Positions 50,087-64,000 of a stretch of DNA of 64,000 bases are shown in pieces. The DNA is from Octopus sinensis (lineage: Eukaryota): the NCBI RefSeq assembly GCF_006345805.1, contig NC_043015.1, forward strand, positions 12,338,001-12,402,000, given 5' to 3'. A program made the translations under genes and the position numbers. Position 1 is the first letter of the stretch. Every line of letters starts with the position of its first letter. The notes under the pieces were generated by a model. That model searched no databases, had not been told where the DNA came from, and worked only from the letters and a program-made list of their open reading frames with translations.

Positions 50087-52376
50087 AATAGACCAGTGTT
50101 ATTTGCAATGAAGCTCAACGAAACACGAAGAACTAGAAAAGCACTCGGAGAGCGCAGACCTCCGCCAAGCAGCTCATTTCCACCCATATACACGCATGTA
50201 CCCGTATATACCGCAATCAGTTTCTTTATACAGTTGAAAATCCATTATCCGATACTCGTGGGACCGAGATTGTTGCAGATTTTTTTATTTTTCTAATTTC
50301 GGAGTGTTTTATTAAAAAAAAATTGCATCTACAAAACGGAACAGTTTGAGGATGGAAACCAGGTCTAAACGCAATAGCTTATAGACAAACTCTGAATGTA
50401 GTTCTATATAAATCTTTGATAATTTTTTTATACCTAAGACCATCAGAAATGTTAAGATATCAGCCTCTACCCATGTTGCCATGCTTTGATTCAAAGGTTA
50501 CAACATAGATTAGATTACTTAGATAAGTTTCCATCGAAGTTTACTCAGGCCCTGTCTAATTTAATAGCACCACCTGAAAGAGATACACAGTCAGCTCTGG
50601 GGAACCGTAGCCCATTCAAGCAGAGGATTATTGTTTTCAGAGATATATCTGGGTGTGGGTGGTTTATCTGGTATTTGTTCGGGCTAATCATCTAGGGATC
50701 GTTTGAATGCCATGAAGTCACTTTCCTCCTTTATGTGTGTCTGGCACGAAGTTGAAGAGACCAGGGCCAATTGAGGTGAATTAGTTCTACCATAGTGTTG
50801 TGATACGACATGAACATTTCTGTAGTGGACGGATAGCACGGGAGCCAAGCCTCGGGCGAATTTTAAAGATGGGCAATGTTGATGGAATATTTTCCACATC
50901 ATACAGATGATATGGAGCTCAAAGCAACGGTGGAGGGAGCAAAGCCTGAGCTTTTTGAGTCGATCCCAATAGTCAAGGCTTGTCATGTCATCCTCCGCAG
51001 ACCTCCGCCAAGCAGCTCATTTTATGATAGACATGCGAATAAGTTACTAATAGAGAAATGAAAATAAACTTTGGAAACAGCAACGCCACCATAGGTTACG
51101 TTGAAACGCTGAACGTGGCTTCAAGGGAGATAATCAAAGAACGTAACACTTTATGTAAAGTAAACATTACAAATGAAAAATCCTTCAAGAATACATAAAA
51201 ATTCCCGGATCACTACCAAAATTTCATTGTCTGTTCCTCGTGTCATTACCAACTTTTTCTGCAAGTTTCATCAAATACCGTTCACAACTTTTTGAGTTAT
51301 TTTGCATAGAGACGGACAAACCAACGCCGATGAAAACATAATCTCTTTCTTTGGCGGAGGTAAAAAATCTGAAATAAGCTGTTATTTTCTAATTTGCTAA
51401 GTATTGTGAAATCAATAATCCAGAACTGAACACAGAACGCGAATACCTCAAGAGTTGTCTCCCCTCCTTTACGAAATAAAATATCTGTAAACGGATAACA
51501 TTGTTGACTTTGTTTCTCATAGATTATTTGCTTTTTCTCTTAATGTGCTCCGTTTTATAAAAGCCATCTCTAAAGAAAATTAAATTATTTACCTTCTACT
51601 ATTAAACGTATAGAGAAATGCTTACTATTCATAGCTGTCTGTTGATTGGCTAAAATTACCCAAATTTTCCTACTTTAACTCCAAATAACATCAGTAAATA
51701 AAATAAAGTAATTGGCTGATTGTAATCAAAATTCAGAGTTGCATCGATACAGCAAAATTGAAAGCAATCTGAACAAAATTAAAGGGGGCTCATTTTGCGA
51801 ATGAAAAAGACTTGATCTGGACTCCAAATTTATTTACCGTTACTTTAATATATATCATACCTCGAAAATAACGAAAAAAGTATGCACTTCAAAGCTGAGA
51901 AGTTTCAAGCAATCTACTACTGGCCCCCAAACAGATTACAATCAGAATACACAGGACCAAGTGATAATGCAATCCTTGAGTCAGACCCTGTGTATGACCA
52001 AGTAATCCACCTGAGGAATGTTGCATCACTTCATGTCCATATTACGAAGATGGCAACACTGTGCAGGCGAGTTGTAGGTTGGATTTTGAGATCATTCCGG
52101 ACAAGGAAATAGGATATTAAGCTACTCTTGTGGAGAAGATTTGTTCTCAGTTGCCCAAATTACTGCTCCCAGCAGTGGTTGGTACAAAGCATCAAACTAA
52201 CTATGGAACTCGAGGAAACCCAACATCACTACACAAAGAAGAATGACTCAGTGCAACAAACGAGCTATCAGGTGAGGCTAGAAGAACTGAGACTATTAAG
52301 ATAGAGGGGGCTTGCCCAACACACACGCGTTAGCTACTACACACATTTTTTTTCTCTCCTTGTTTTTTTCTGTGTA

Positions 52377-52414
52377 TCTTTCTGTCGAAGAGCGTAGGCT
52401 CGAAACGTAAAAGA
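52377..52414 (+). ncRNA. Minimal hammerhead-like motif with variant core (CUGUCGA-A)
   Basis: Stem I TCTTT/AAAGA, stem II GAGC-gtag-GCTC, GAAA, ACGT, GUA; the core deviates from CUGANGA. Confidence 0.45.
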
Positions 52415-52696
52415 CTTTTTTCTATTCCTGAGCGCTATACTAATACATTTGTTTGTTTGTACACCACCTGCCTTCGTCATTTGTTTATTTTCGTAAACTT
52501 TCCCTTTATATATATATATATATATATAATCAATAATAATAAAGGGTAAAATCAATGAATTAATTAATAATTAATAATTTCACCGAGTAGTTTGGTATGT
52601 TAAAAGAACTATTATCGGTAAACTTATACAAAAATTCTATAATTATGAGTATAATTATAATTAAGGTTCAGCAACGAGTTCGATTCCAAGCAGTGA

Positions 52697-53798
<1,102 letters not shown>

Positions 53799-54342
53799 AG
53801 TACCAGGGTGTGGCTCTCATGGCTTCTGATCTTAACTGATTGGAAGTGTTATCATGTACATTGTTTTGTCTTGGTATAAAAGATGGGCTACAACAAATAT
53901 TCTGCTCAATACCACAGATTTGCTTGTCAGTTGTTTGACCTTAACCAGTTGAGCATGTCCCTTAGTGGCTGACCATATGTGCATCTCTGATCACGAGCAG
54001 AAGTTGTAGGGGGGCATCATAGCCATGTGTTGAGAGGGATTCTTTGGGGTTTGAATAGTTCACCTCTGGAAACATGGGTGGTTCTTTCAACATCCTTAAA
54101 CAACTCTTATTCAGGGACCGTTTCAGCGGGATGGGCTACTCAACCTGAAGAAAATTCTAACTGGGCCCCACCTGCAAGGTCATGTGCTGTTTATCTTGAT
54201 ATGAGATCACCATGTCGCGCACATATGGTTGTGATGCATGTGCCTGGTGTACCCTTATCGGACGGGTAGTCATGATGGGTATATTGGGCTTCGTATATTT
54301 TACCCCAGTGTCACTTTGATGGCATGAACTGCTCTCTCACTC
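53799..54342 (-). mobile_element. Second copy of the (TTA)n-embedded ~550-bp repeat
   Basis: Reverse complement of 44037-44580. Confidence 0.75.
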
Positions 54343-54440
<98 letters not shown>

Positions 54441-54528
54441 TAATAATGATAATGATAATGATAATAATAAAATAATAATGATAATGATAATAATATATAA
54501 TAATATAATAATAATAATAATAATAATA

Positions 54529-54567
<39 letters not shown>

Positions 54568-54569
54568 TA

Positions 54570-54630
<61 letters not shown>

Positions 54631-54631
<1 letters not shown>

Positions 54632-54815
54632 GACGACGACGGCGGCGGCGGCGAAAGCGACGGCGGCAGCGGCGAAAGCGACGGCGGCGGAGGCGACGGC
54701 GACGGCGAAAGCGACGGCGAAAGCGGCGGCGACGGCGACGGCGAAAGCGGCGGCGACGGCGACGGCGAAAGCGGCGGCGACGGCGACGGCGAAAGCGGCG
54801 GCGACGACGACAACG
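54631..54815. repeat. GC-rich trinucleotide array with a 24-bp higher-order unit (GCGGCGGCGACGGCGACGGCGAAA)
   Basis: About three exact units plus variants. Confidence 0.85.
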
Positions 54816-54945
54816 ATGACATCGAAAAATACCTTGGGAATGAGAACTCCTGAAGAAGGCTGGAGGGTATATCAGCCGAAATGTGTTAACAACAAACATG
54901 ATAAGGGCAAATATCCGTCGAATGTAAATAATGTAAATAACGTAC

Positions 54946-55003
<58 letters not shown>

Positions 55004-55378
55004 CATATTTATTTCTTTATTCATTCATTCATTTATTTATTTCATCATTTGATGTAGCAAAGCTGGAGCACCGTTTTGAAAGATTTTACTCGAACTAATC
55101 AACTCCAGATTCATTTTTTAAGCCTAGTACAAAATTAAAGCAATTATATGTCTTATCGAGAGAGGGAGGAAGCGGCATGTGTGAGAGATATACATATACA
55201 GGGTGAGAGTGATTAACTGTGTGGTAAATATATAAAGAAAGAAGAAAAGCTTCAAAAACAGTGAGACCCCGTAGAGACATATAGAGAATGGTAGAGTTGT
55301 CGATCTAAAATTTCTTTCTCGTAGCAAATTTTTTTTTTTTCAATTATATAATATATAATATATAATATATAATATATT

Positions 55379-55474
<96 letters not shown>

Positions 55475-55979
55475 AAAAAAGGTTTGAAAATGCAATTTAA
55501 ACGATGTTTATTTACTTTCGTGCTACAGGGAAAACTTGTTAGAGTTCTAGCTTGTCACTGATGAACTCCCACAGGCCCTAATCAGATAATGCTCTTTGGT
55601 CTTAGATTTTGATATACAAAGATTTGATAATCAAGACTATAAATTAGAATCGACCCCAAAATCAGTCATCTTTTTATATTTCGTAATGTTGCCATGAATG
55701 TTTTGTCGTCAGTTCGAAGCGTTCTCTAACCAGATTGACGGATGCATGTCTTTGGAAGTGGTTGATGCTAGAAGGGAGATAACCACTCCGAAATGCTTGT
55801 ATCTATCAGCCTGATTAGCTTCGAACTGACTTAGTATGTTTGTCTACAGAGAAAAAATTTCTCCGCGACAAAATACAGTCAGTAGCTTCGTTACGGTTTC
55901 AAATATGCCCCAGCCATATTTGAACTGGTAATAATTTTCTATTTATACACAACTCTGCTTAGCGTTTCTACTTCGTACA

Positions 55980-56021
<42 letters not shown>

Positions 56022-56124
56022 GTATATTTATTGCCATTTCAATATGGCTAACCCTAAGGGTGGATGCTACTGTAGTTTTTAGCCCCAGGAGGACACACTC
56101 CTCCAGCTGGCCATAGACACACTA

Positions 56125-56228
<104 letters not shown>

Positions 56229-56677
56229 GTAATATGTGACAATTATTCGGTAGCCATGATAAAACTCCAAGTTTCGGATGCCGAGGCGGAAATCCACGCC
56301 GCCATCTCTTTAGTTATCCAGCCATCGGGAAAAAAATATATATCAATATATATTACAAATAAGAAAATGGAGAAACACATTAGTTGGTTTATAAGCTTTA
56401 GGATATTAGAATGTTAACTTATTTAATTTTCAAAGCTACAACCATAATAACATACATACAGTATAGAATTCAATACATTGAAGATAAGAATACATCAATA
56501 TATATATATATATATATATAAATGGCAAGATAGCAAAAGACTGAAAGAGACCTCGATATTATGTAAATAGAGGAATTCATCTGAAAATATATGTGACGAT
56601 TATTCGGTAGCCATGATAAAACTCCGAGTTTCGGATGCCAAGGTGGAATCCAGCCATCGGAAAAATGCTATGAAAAA

Positions 56678-56734
<57 letters not shown>

Positions 56735-56746
56735 ATATATATACAT

Positions 56747-56782
<36 letters not shown>

Positions 56783-57416
56783 GATATATGTGTGTGTGTG
56801 TATGTGTGTGTGGTATATATCTATATCTATATATATATATCTATTACTATATAATATATCTACTGTATGATGTGTATGGGTATATTACGGAAAGGCTACG
56901 AAATGGTGCGTCCTAGAGAAAAACGGATTTGATTTTCGAAATTTGCGTCCCAACAACAATTTATTTACTCAGTCGGACACATTTGTAATAATTTTACCTA
57001 AATCCTCTAAGAGGGTAAGAAGACAGACAAAGTCCATGCTGTATTTACTTCAGGGAAAACTTGTTAGAGTTCTAGCTTGTCACTGATTTTGGGGTCGATT
57101 CTAATTTATAGTCTTGATTATCAAATCTTTGTATATCAAAATCTAAGACCAAAGGCATTATCTGATTAGGGCCTGTGGGAGTTCATAGTATATATAGTCA
57201 TAAAACTTGTCAAGATTAGTTTGAAGTAGTAATAAAGTAACTGCCTATAATGAGGTTTGGTAAAGGAAGAACTTAAATCAAATTAAATTATATTATATTA
57301 TTTTATATTATATTATATTATATCATATTATATTGATAGAACTGACTGGAGGACACTGATCCAACGAATAACCGAGAGTCGACTTCGACCGAGCGGATAA
57401 ATAGATAGATTATATA

Positions 57417-57466
<50 letters not shown>

Positions 57467-57599
57467 ATATATGGGTACACGACGTCACTAACTGGGCAAA
57501 CAACATGAAATACATAAAAACAGAACAAGTATACAGAGAAAAGGGCCTATGTGAATGCATATATTTCTACAGACGGACAGACAGACAGATAAACAGACT

Positions 57600-57637
<38 letters not shown>

Positions 57638-57650
57638 TAGACAGATAGAC

Positions 57651-57721
<71 letters not shown>

Positions 57722-58174
57722 CAAACAGATAGATGTTTAGTGTAGAGTATTGTAAACTCAAGGCGTATCGTTAATGATTTGATTGTCATATATATAAAGG
57801 ACTCATCTAGGCGATCACGCACAGAAGACTCCGCTTTGGCCATAATAATTCTGTAGCCGGTGGTTATTGTCTTTTAGTTTGAGTCATTTCTGATCCAAGA
57901 CAATTCCATTCATAACTGTCCCTCTTCACTTTTCCATTTTTTTTTTTATTATTTAGAATAGTTTAATTCTCAACTATTCTATGGAATTTTATTAGAAGAT
58001 ATTAACAAGGAATGTAGGTGTTATTTCTAGCATGACGGACGACACTTTACGCGCGTATCCACATACAAATTAATCGCTCGTTTTCATTGCTTGTGTCAGG
58101 TTAGTCCTAATCCCACTGTCCGATGATGAATCGCATTATACCAGTGATCATTATTTTTTTTTTTTTCGAGTATA

Positions 58175-58566
58175 GGCGTAAAAGTGGCTATGTGGTAAGT
58201 AGCTTACTTACCAACCACATGGTTCTGGGTTCGGTCCCACTGCGTGGCACTTTGGGCAAGTGTCTTCTACTATAGCCTCGGGCCGACCAAAGCCTTGTGA
58301 GAGGATTTGGTAGACTGGAAACTGAAAGAAGCCCGTCGTATATATATGTATGTGTGTCTGTGTTTGTCCCCCCCCCCAGCATCGCTTGACAACCGATGCT
58401 GGTGTGTTTACGTCCCTGTAACTTAGCGGTTCAGCAAAAGTGACCGATAGAATAAGTACTAGGCTTACAAAGAATAAGTCCTGGGGTCGATATGCTCGAC
58501 TAAAGACGGTGCTCCAGCATGGTCACAGTCAAATGACTGAAACAAATTTAAAGAGTAAAGAGAGTA
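58175..58566 (+). mobile_element. SINE family A, full length, inserted in the duplicated upstream region of caspase copy 4
   Basis: Head GGCGTAAAAGTGGCTATGTGG, B-box-like GGTTCGGTCCC, tail AGAGTA; absent from the homologous region upstream of copy 2. Confidence 0.8.
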
Positions 58567-58739
58567 TAGTGTACCTAGCACAACAATATCCAATGTATTT
58601 AAAAAAAAAAAAAATAGCAGTGTACTCTGAGTGAGATTTTAGCTTCGAAAAGACGAGGTGGCCGTTTGAAACACTCTTAAAAAGTCTGTAGTTATGCATG
58701 GAGCATTTTAAAACAGTCACGTAATAATTATAAATGGAA

Positions 58740-59196
58740 CACATTGAAAATACAGGATGGTCACGACTGGAAATTTTTTTAAAATAAAGAATGGTCATGA
58801 TTTAAACGCTTTTAAAAGAGAGAATTGTTTTTGGGGTTAGATTGACCTTAAAGAGAGAGGGGCAGTTCGAAAGTCGCTCGTTTTGTGCAACCACGCGTCT
58901 TTTCGTACTGAATGAACTGACAAAAGTCATTTTCGATTCCGAGAATTTTGAGAAAATTCGCAACAGGTGGCGCTATAGGAGTACATGAACAGTCACCGCC
59001 CTTGAGTTGGGATAACTTCCAAGATTCTGATGCATTAAGATGCGATCGGGTTTTTATTAATTCTCGTTTGGAGTATTTCTTGACGATACAGACCCTAATC
59101 ACTTTTCTCGGATTATCGACTTTACCACCATTAACAAATAAGTACTAATTTTACTGAGTGATACCGGATTTGGATTCAGGTCATTTCTTTGATATA
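58740..59196 (+). promoter_or_regulatory. Conserved 5' flank of caspase copy 4 (HSE-type motif degenerate, 58937-58951)
   Basis: Homologous to the flanks of copies 2 and 3; the aligned 15-mer TTCCGAGAATTTTGA has two mismatches. Confidence 0.5.
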
Positions 59197-59981
59197 ATGA
59201 CTACTACAGATGCTCGGTGTGTGAGTCTAACTGGCGATAAGAATCGTCGACCAATTGAGGAAGATTTAATGAATTGTTTCCATAAATATGAAATGACACA
59301 TAAAAAGCGAGGTGTTGCCTACATCTTCAACAATGAAACTTTCGAAGACTCGTCACTAAAAACTCGTCTTGGCTCATCAAAAGACTCAGACGATTTTAAA
59401 AATGCATTAATTAAACTTGGATTCGAAGAAGATGATATCCACCTTTATACAGACGCAACAACCGAGGAAATGCTCGAGGCTTTGGAGCTTTTTGGTAAAG
59501 AAAATTCTGATATTGATATTGATTGCTTTATTTGTGCAATTTTAAGTCATGGTGGGCAAGACGATATTATCTATGGATACGAAGGTCCTATAGAGCTAGA
59601 AAAATTGCTTTCTTGCCTGAGACCCGATCGTTGTGCACCTCTCACAGGAATACCTAAATTATTCTTTATTCAAGCATGTCGTGGAACTACACCGGATATT
59701 GGAGTCGAAAAAAAAGATGCTGATTACATAGACCATGATGAAAGGTCACCTAAAATTCCAGTTATGGCAGATATGTTGGTTGTTTATTCATCTGTTAATA
59801 AATATCCTTCTTTCAGAGATGAAGGAGAAGGTTCGTGGTTTATGCAAGTTTTAAGTAAAATTTTGACAGAATATGGCACTCAGTGTGAAATCATGAAACT
59901 TTTAACTGCTGTCCTAACGTGGTTGCCTCTTGAGACTTCCGAAGTTCGGTTAATCGGAATACAATGGATGTAAACAATGCC
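59197..59981 (+). CDS. Caspase-3/7-like protease, copy 4, catalytic residues intact; 3' end indel-ridden and cut by assembly gap
   Basis: TRLGS, SHG (59548-59550), QACRG (59677-59679) and SFRD..GSWF present. The last ~70 nt before the N gap match the copy 2 3' end except for several 1-nt indels. The ORF-track start at 59158 is a GTG. Confidence 0.85.
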
Positions 59982-60081
59982 NNNNNNNNNNNNNNNNNNN
60001 NNNNNNNNNNNNNNNNNNNNNNNNNNNNNNNNNNNNNNNNNNNNNNNNNNNNNNNNNNNNNNNNNNNNNNNNNNNNNNNNN
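59982..60081. other. Assembly gap (100 N)
   Basis: Run of exactly 100 Ns, typical of a placeholder for a gap of unknown size. Confidence 0.99.
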
Positions 60082-60399
60082 CTTGGCCTCCCAACATTAA
60101 CCTAAAACCCTAACCGTAGTACAGAAATGTTTGAAATTTTGGCCACTGAATCATAATGTCCGTATTTTTCCGCATATTTAGAAAAAAACTTCTCAAAAAA
60201 AAATTTTGGGAAATTTATTTTCAGAATCATTTAATCCGTATTTTCGCATTATTTGAAAAAAAAAAAACGTTTAAAATAAAAGAAATGGGGGTGGGGATTG
60301 GTAACTTAGAAATGTCGATTTTTGCCAATTTTTTTGCTGATTCGTATTCCCCGTAGTCGAACGGGGGCGGGGGTTGTGTCGAAAAAAAATGTTTTAAGG

Positions 60400-60430
<31 letters not shown>

Positions 60431-63400
60431 CATACACACACACACACACACACACTCACACACACACACATATATATGAAGACAGATTAGTTATTGTAAC
60501 ATGTTTCTACGCATGTCTCATATGTGTTTTAAAGTTATTTAAAACACTTGCAGTGTCACTGAATATTCTTTGTATCGTTTAATTGTTCTAATAGTTGTTT
60601 CGTTCATGCTAAAGTGTTGCGCAGTTTCTGTTGAACTCATTTCATTTTCAAGTTGATTCAATACATTAATATTTTATTTTCAAAGAAATCAACTTCCTTG
60701 GTATTCGAAACTCTTGTTATTCAACTTCGAAGGGACAGAATGTCCGCAAATTACTTTTAGAGTCTGAAAATTTCAAGGGGCAAAAAAGAATATCTCAGCA
60801 GAGTTTATTGGAAAACATAGACAAGCAAATAAAGTTTTTATCAGAAACATCAAAACACTCGACCTATTCTACGACTACTACAACTCTCCCTGCAACACGG
60901 AACTAGACTTCTTTTTTACACCATACTGTATCTCACTTTCACAGTAGTTATCACTTTATTCAATCTTATTCCCGTTTAGATGGATAAACTTTGTTGATCT
61001 TTCAGAGAGCGATTCTTTGGCTGCAGCTACTGAACTTCAGTTTTTTCCTTTTCTTTTTTTTAAACTCAAATGCTACTTTCCTAGATTTTCCACTAATCGT
61101 TTGTCACTGCTATTTATGACATCGTTCGTGCATTTGTACTGGTTTTAAGGTTTTAGAGTTAGGGTTTTAGGGTTAAGGTTTTAGGGTTAGGGTTGTCATA
61201 AATAACAGTGACAAACGAAATATACACCGCCGATAGTTGTTGACAAACAATGGCAGAAATTTTATTCATCTCAATACACGTCATTGATTGGTTGAAATTA
61301 CCGAAATACGAGAAATTTAAGGTGAAATATCTTCGTATTTATAAGTTTTTCTCCAAAATGCTAAGAATAAAATATGTTTTATATGACACAGTTTACCAGT
61401 GTCCAAAGTTTGAAAGTATTTAGTTACAAAAAATTATTTTAAAGTTTGTAGGCTAAAAGGTAAAGATCCGTTTAAAATTTCTAACTGTGAAAGCCAAACA
61501 AGAGATTCGCACTCATTTTTAGCAGATTAAACTAGAGCAACATGAAATGTGCCTTGCCCTAGAACACAACATGCGACCCAGTCTGGAAATCGAACTCATG
61601 ATCACAACAACCTAACCACGTGTCTTCACATTAGTTTTTGGTTTTGTTTTTACATCTCAAGAATTAGGTGTTCGTTCATAATCCGAAAAATGACAATGTC
61701 AATCAATGCAACTCATCTCAGAACATTTCAGCAGGTTTGCTATGTGTGATTATTGTTACGGTTCAAGAAACCTTAAAAATCAGTTTTGGTCTGGTCTATG
61801 TATTTGTTTCATTTGTTCAGCTCCAAGAACTGTATATTATTTCTTTGTAAACAAATATAAAGGGACATAACTCTCTCTGACTAGTGATTTATATTGTCAT
61901 CTTTATTGAAAACTAGCTAAGTAGCCCTTCGTTGCCAGACAGCGAAATTTTTCTTCCCACGAGAGTTCCGGACCCCAGTAATGAACTCTTTTGCATATAG
62001 CCAATCAAAACAGAGTCACCTTCGTCCTTTCTTCCTTTCTAGTCAGTACCGTGCTATCTTTACTCTTTCCCTCTCTACTGGCAGATAGTAATTTCCTCTA
62101 GGTTAATGATTGTTTCTTTTTGTCACTGAGCATTGAGATGGCTGTGGGGTGTGCTAAAAATAACAGCTAAATAAGATGTTTTGATAAATCTTTTAAATTA
62201 AAGTTTATTTGCCAACATCTTGATCAGAGATTTAAAACTAACTGCTTTTCTCTTTTAAATTAACATAAACATTTATTTACAAGAAAAAGAATCACCCGAG
62301 AACTTTTATCTAATTCTAAATTTTTCTGTTAAAAATTGTAATGTGTTTATCGCATGTAACGTGTTGTTTATCGCATTTGCATTAAACACTGGTGGTTGTA
62401 AGGTGTGCTAAAAATTATAGCTTAATAGGATTTATTTACATGAAATAAAATTACCGGAGACATAACACATTGTTTACAAATATACTTTTCTACTCAAGGC
62501 ACAAGGCCCGAAATTTGGAGGGAGGTGACCAGTCGATTAAATCGACTCAAGTATGCAACTGGTACTTAAATTTATCGATTCCGAAACGATGAAAGGCAAA
62601 GTCGACCTCGGCGGCGTTCTATTTACAGAATATTGACATCAGTGTATTTATTAAACCTTCAAGCAGTTCCTGCACTTTCATATTCGGCCAAAACATTATC
62701 TTTGATTGCTATAGTAATTCAAACACACCACTAACAAGCCTATGTGTTCAGTATCGATGATATTGGCATTTGAATGGGAGCACAATACAAGATTCGCATG
62801 GTAATCGGAGGTCGCCATTTTGAATGCCAACATTTTTTAACTTGACAAGGTGAAGATGAACCCTGATTGGCTGCATACAAATAACTACTTTACTGGGGTC
62901 CGGAACTCTCGTGGGAAAAAAATTCGCCGTGGAGCAATTTTTACAATAAAATGTCTTATATACATTTTTGTTTATTCCATGTCAGACCATGCTTTCATCG
63001 ACAGATAGGCCTCTTGATCGGAACAAATTTGTGCAACTTTTCGCAAAAAATTCCTTTTAAAATTATTTACATATCTGTTCGACCGTTTCATATAAATTTA
63101 TTCAATAAGACTCATTAAAACTTCAGCAGTTCTTGCATCTTTGGTCGTCGTAATGCTTTGCTTTCGTTTGTTTAATAAAAAATTCCTCCTCGTAATAAAT
63201 TGTGAAAAGTACTGAAGCAAATACCAGCATCCAAATCCTGTTTTCTGATTAGGAAAAATTGATTAAATATTAAACCTCTATAACATTTTTCAGTAATTTT
63301 TCTGAAACAAATAAATAGCAAAATTGAATTTAACGTGGAAAATTATTTCAATATATCAAATTTGAAAATGTTGACGTAATTTTAAAATGTCATATGTGAC

Positions 63401-64000
63401 AGTAACAGGGAAGCCCCTACAGAAGTAGAGAGACGGACAGTTATAGGACGTCACACACACAAACACACACAGACGCACACACACATACACACACACATAC
63501 ACACAAATTTACAAACGTACACACAGGTAATCACGTGTTTAAAAATGGTGTACAGTAGACGTGTGTGTGTGTGCGTGCGTGCGAGCGAGTGTTTCTTTGC
63601 TATGGACAGCAGAAATGCCACCTGTGAACAATTGTTGTCAACTCACCCCTTCATTCCTTAAAGCTACGTATTTCTCACACCCTCCTTTCTTTCCCTTCCT
63701 CTGCACTTTAAAAGTTACTTATGTGTATGTGTGTGTATGCGTATATCGATGTATTTACGAAAGTATGTATGCAGCGTTGCGAGGATATCCCTGCATAACA
63801 GCTGTATCAACGTTTTCATCCTACTGCCACTCCATATTTGACGCTTACACAACTCTGTTCTCCTCTACCCTGATATCAAACATTCTTCCTTTGCCACCTG
63901 ATTTTCCTCACACTAACACTCTTGCACCCTTCTCATTTTATCAAATAATAGCTCGTCCTACCATTTCAATTTCCTAAGTTACTTGTATTACAACCCGATT

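Noticed and set aside
61150-61195. TTAGGG-like repeats (also CCCTAA at ~60105) as an interstitial telomere
   Set aside because: Only a few degenerate units, more likely part of an interspersed repeat.
63561-63977. 138-aa ORF at the window end
   Set aside because: GTG start, microsatellite-derived N-terminus and no recognisable domain.

Overview
AT-rich, microsatellite-dense eukaryotic (animal) genomic DNA, not prokaryotic. The tRNA-derived SINE families and repeat landscape look like an octopus genome; that is an inference, not checked against a database. The only host genes I can support are four intronless, same-strand, short-prodomain caspase-3/7-like paralogues (ATGs at 114, 15458, 36732, 59197), spaced 15-22 kb apart. 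Copies 3 and 4 keep the His/Cys dyad and both S1-pocket arginines. Copies 1 and 2 have intact ORFs but look catalytically dead by different routes: copy 1 has SHG->SYS and has lost both S1 Arg; copy 2 has QACRG->EASRG and has lost one S1 Arg. The rest is transposon-derived: two SINE families, LINE fragments (CR1/L2-like, RTE, CRE, R4/Dong-like), Penelope-like elements (PLEs) with hammerhead ribozyme motifs, two solo LTRs with 4-bp TSDs, mariner and hAT fragments, MITEs and Helitron-like pieces. Four head-to-head fold-back palindromes are present, two carrying hammerheads. A 100-N gap (59982-60081) truncates caspase copy 4. Almost all short ORFs in the supplied track are microsatellite or antisense-TE artefacts. 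All alignments and folds were done by eye, so boundaries of degenerate repeats are approximate.
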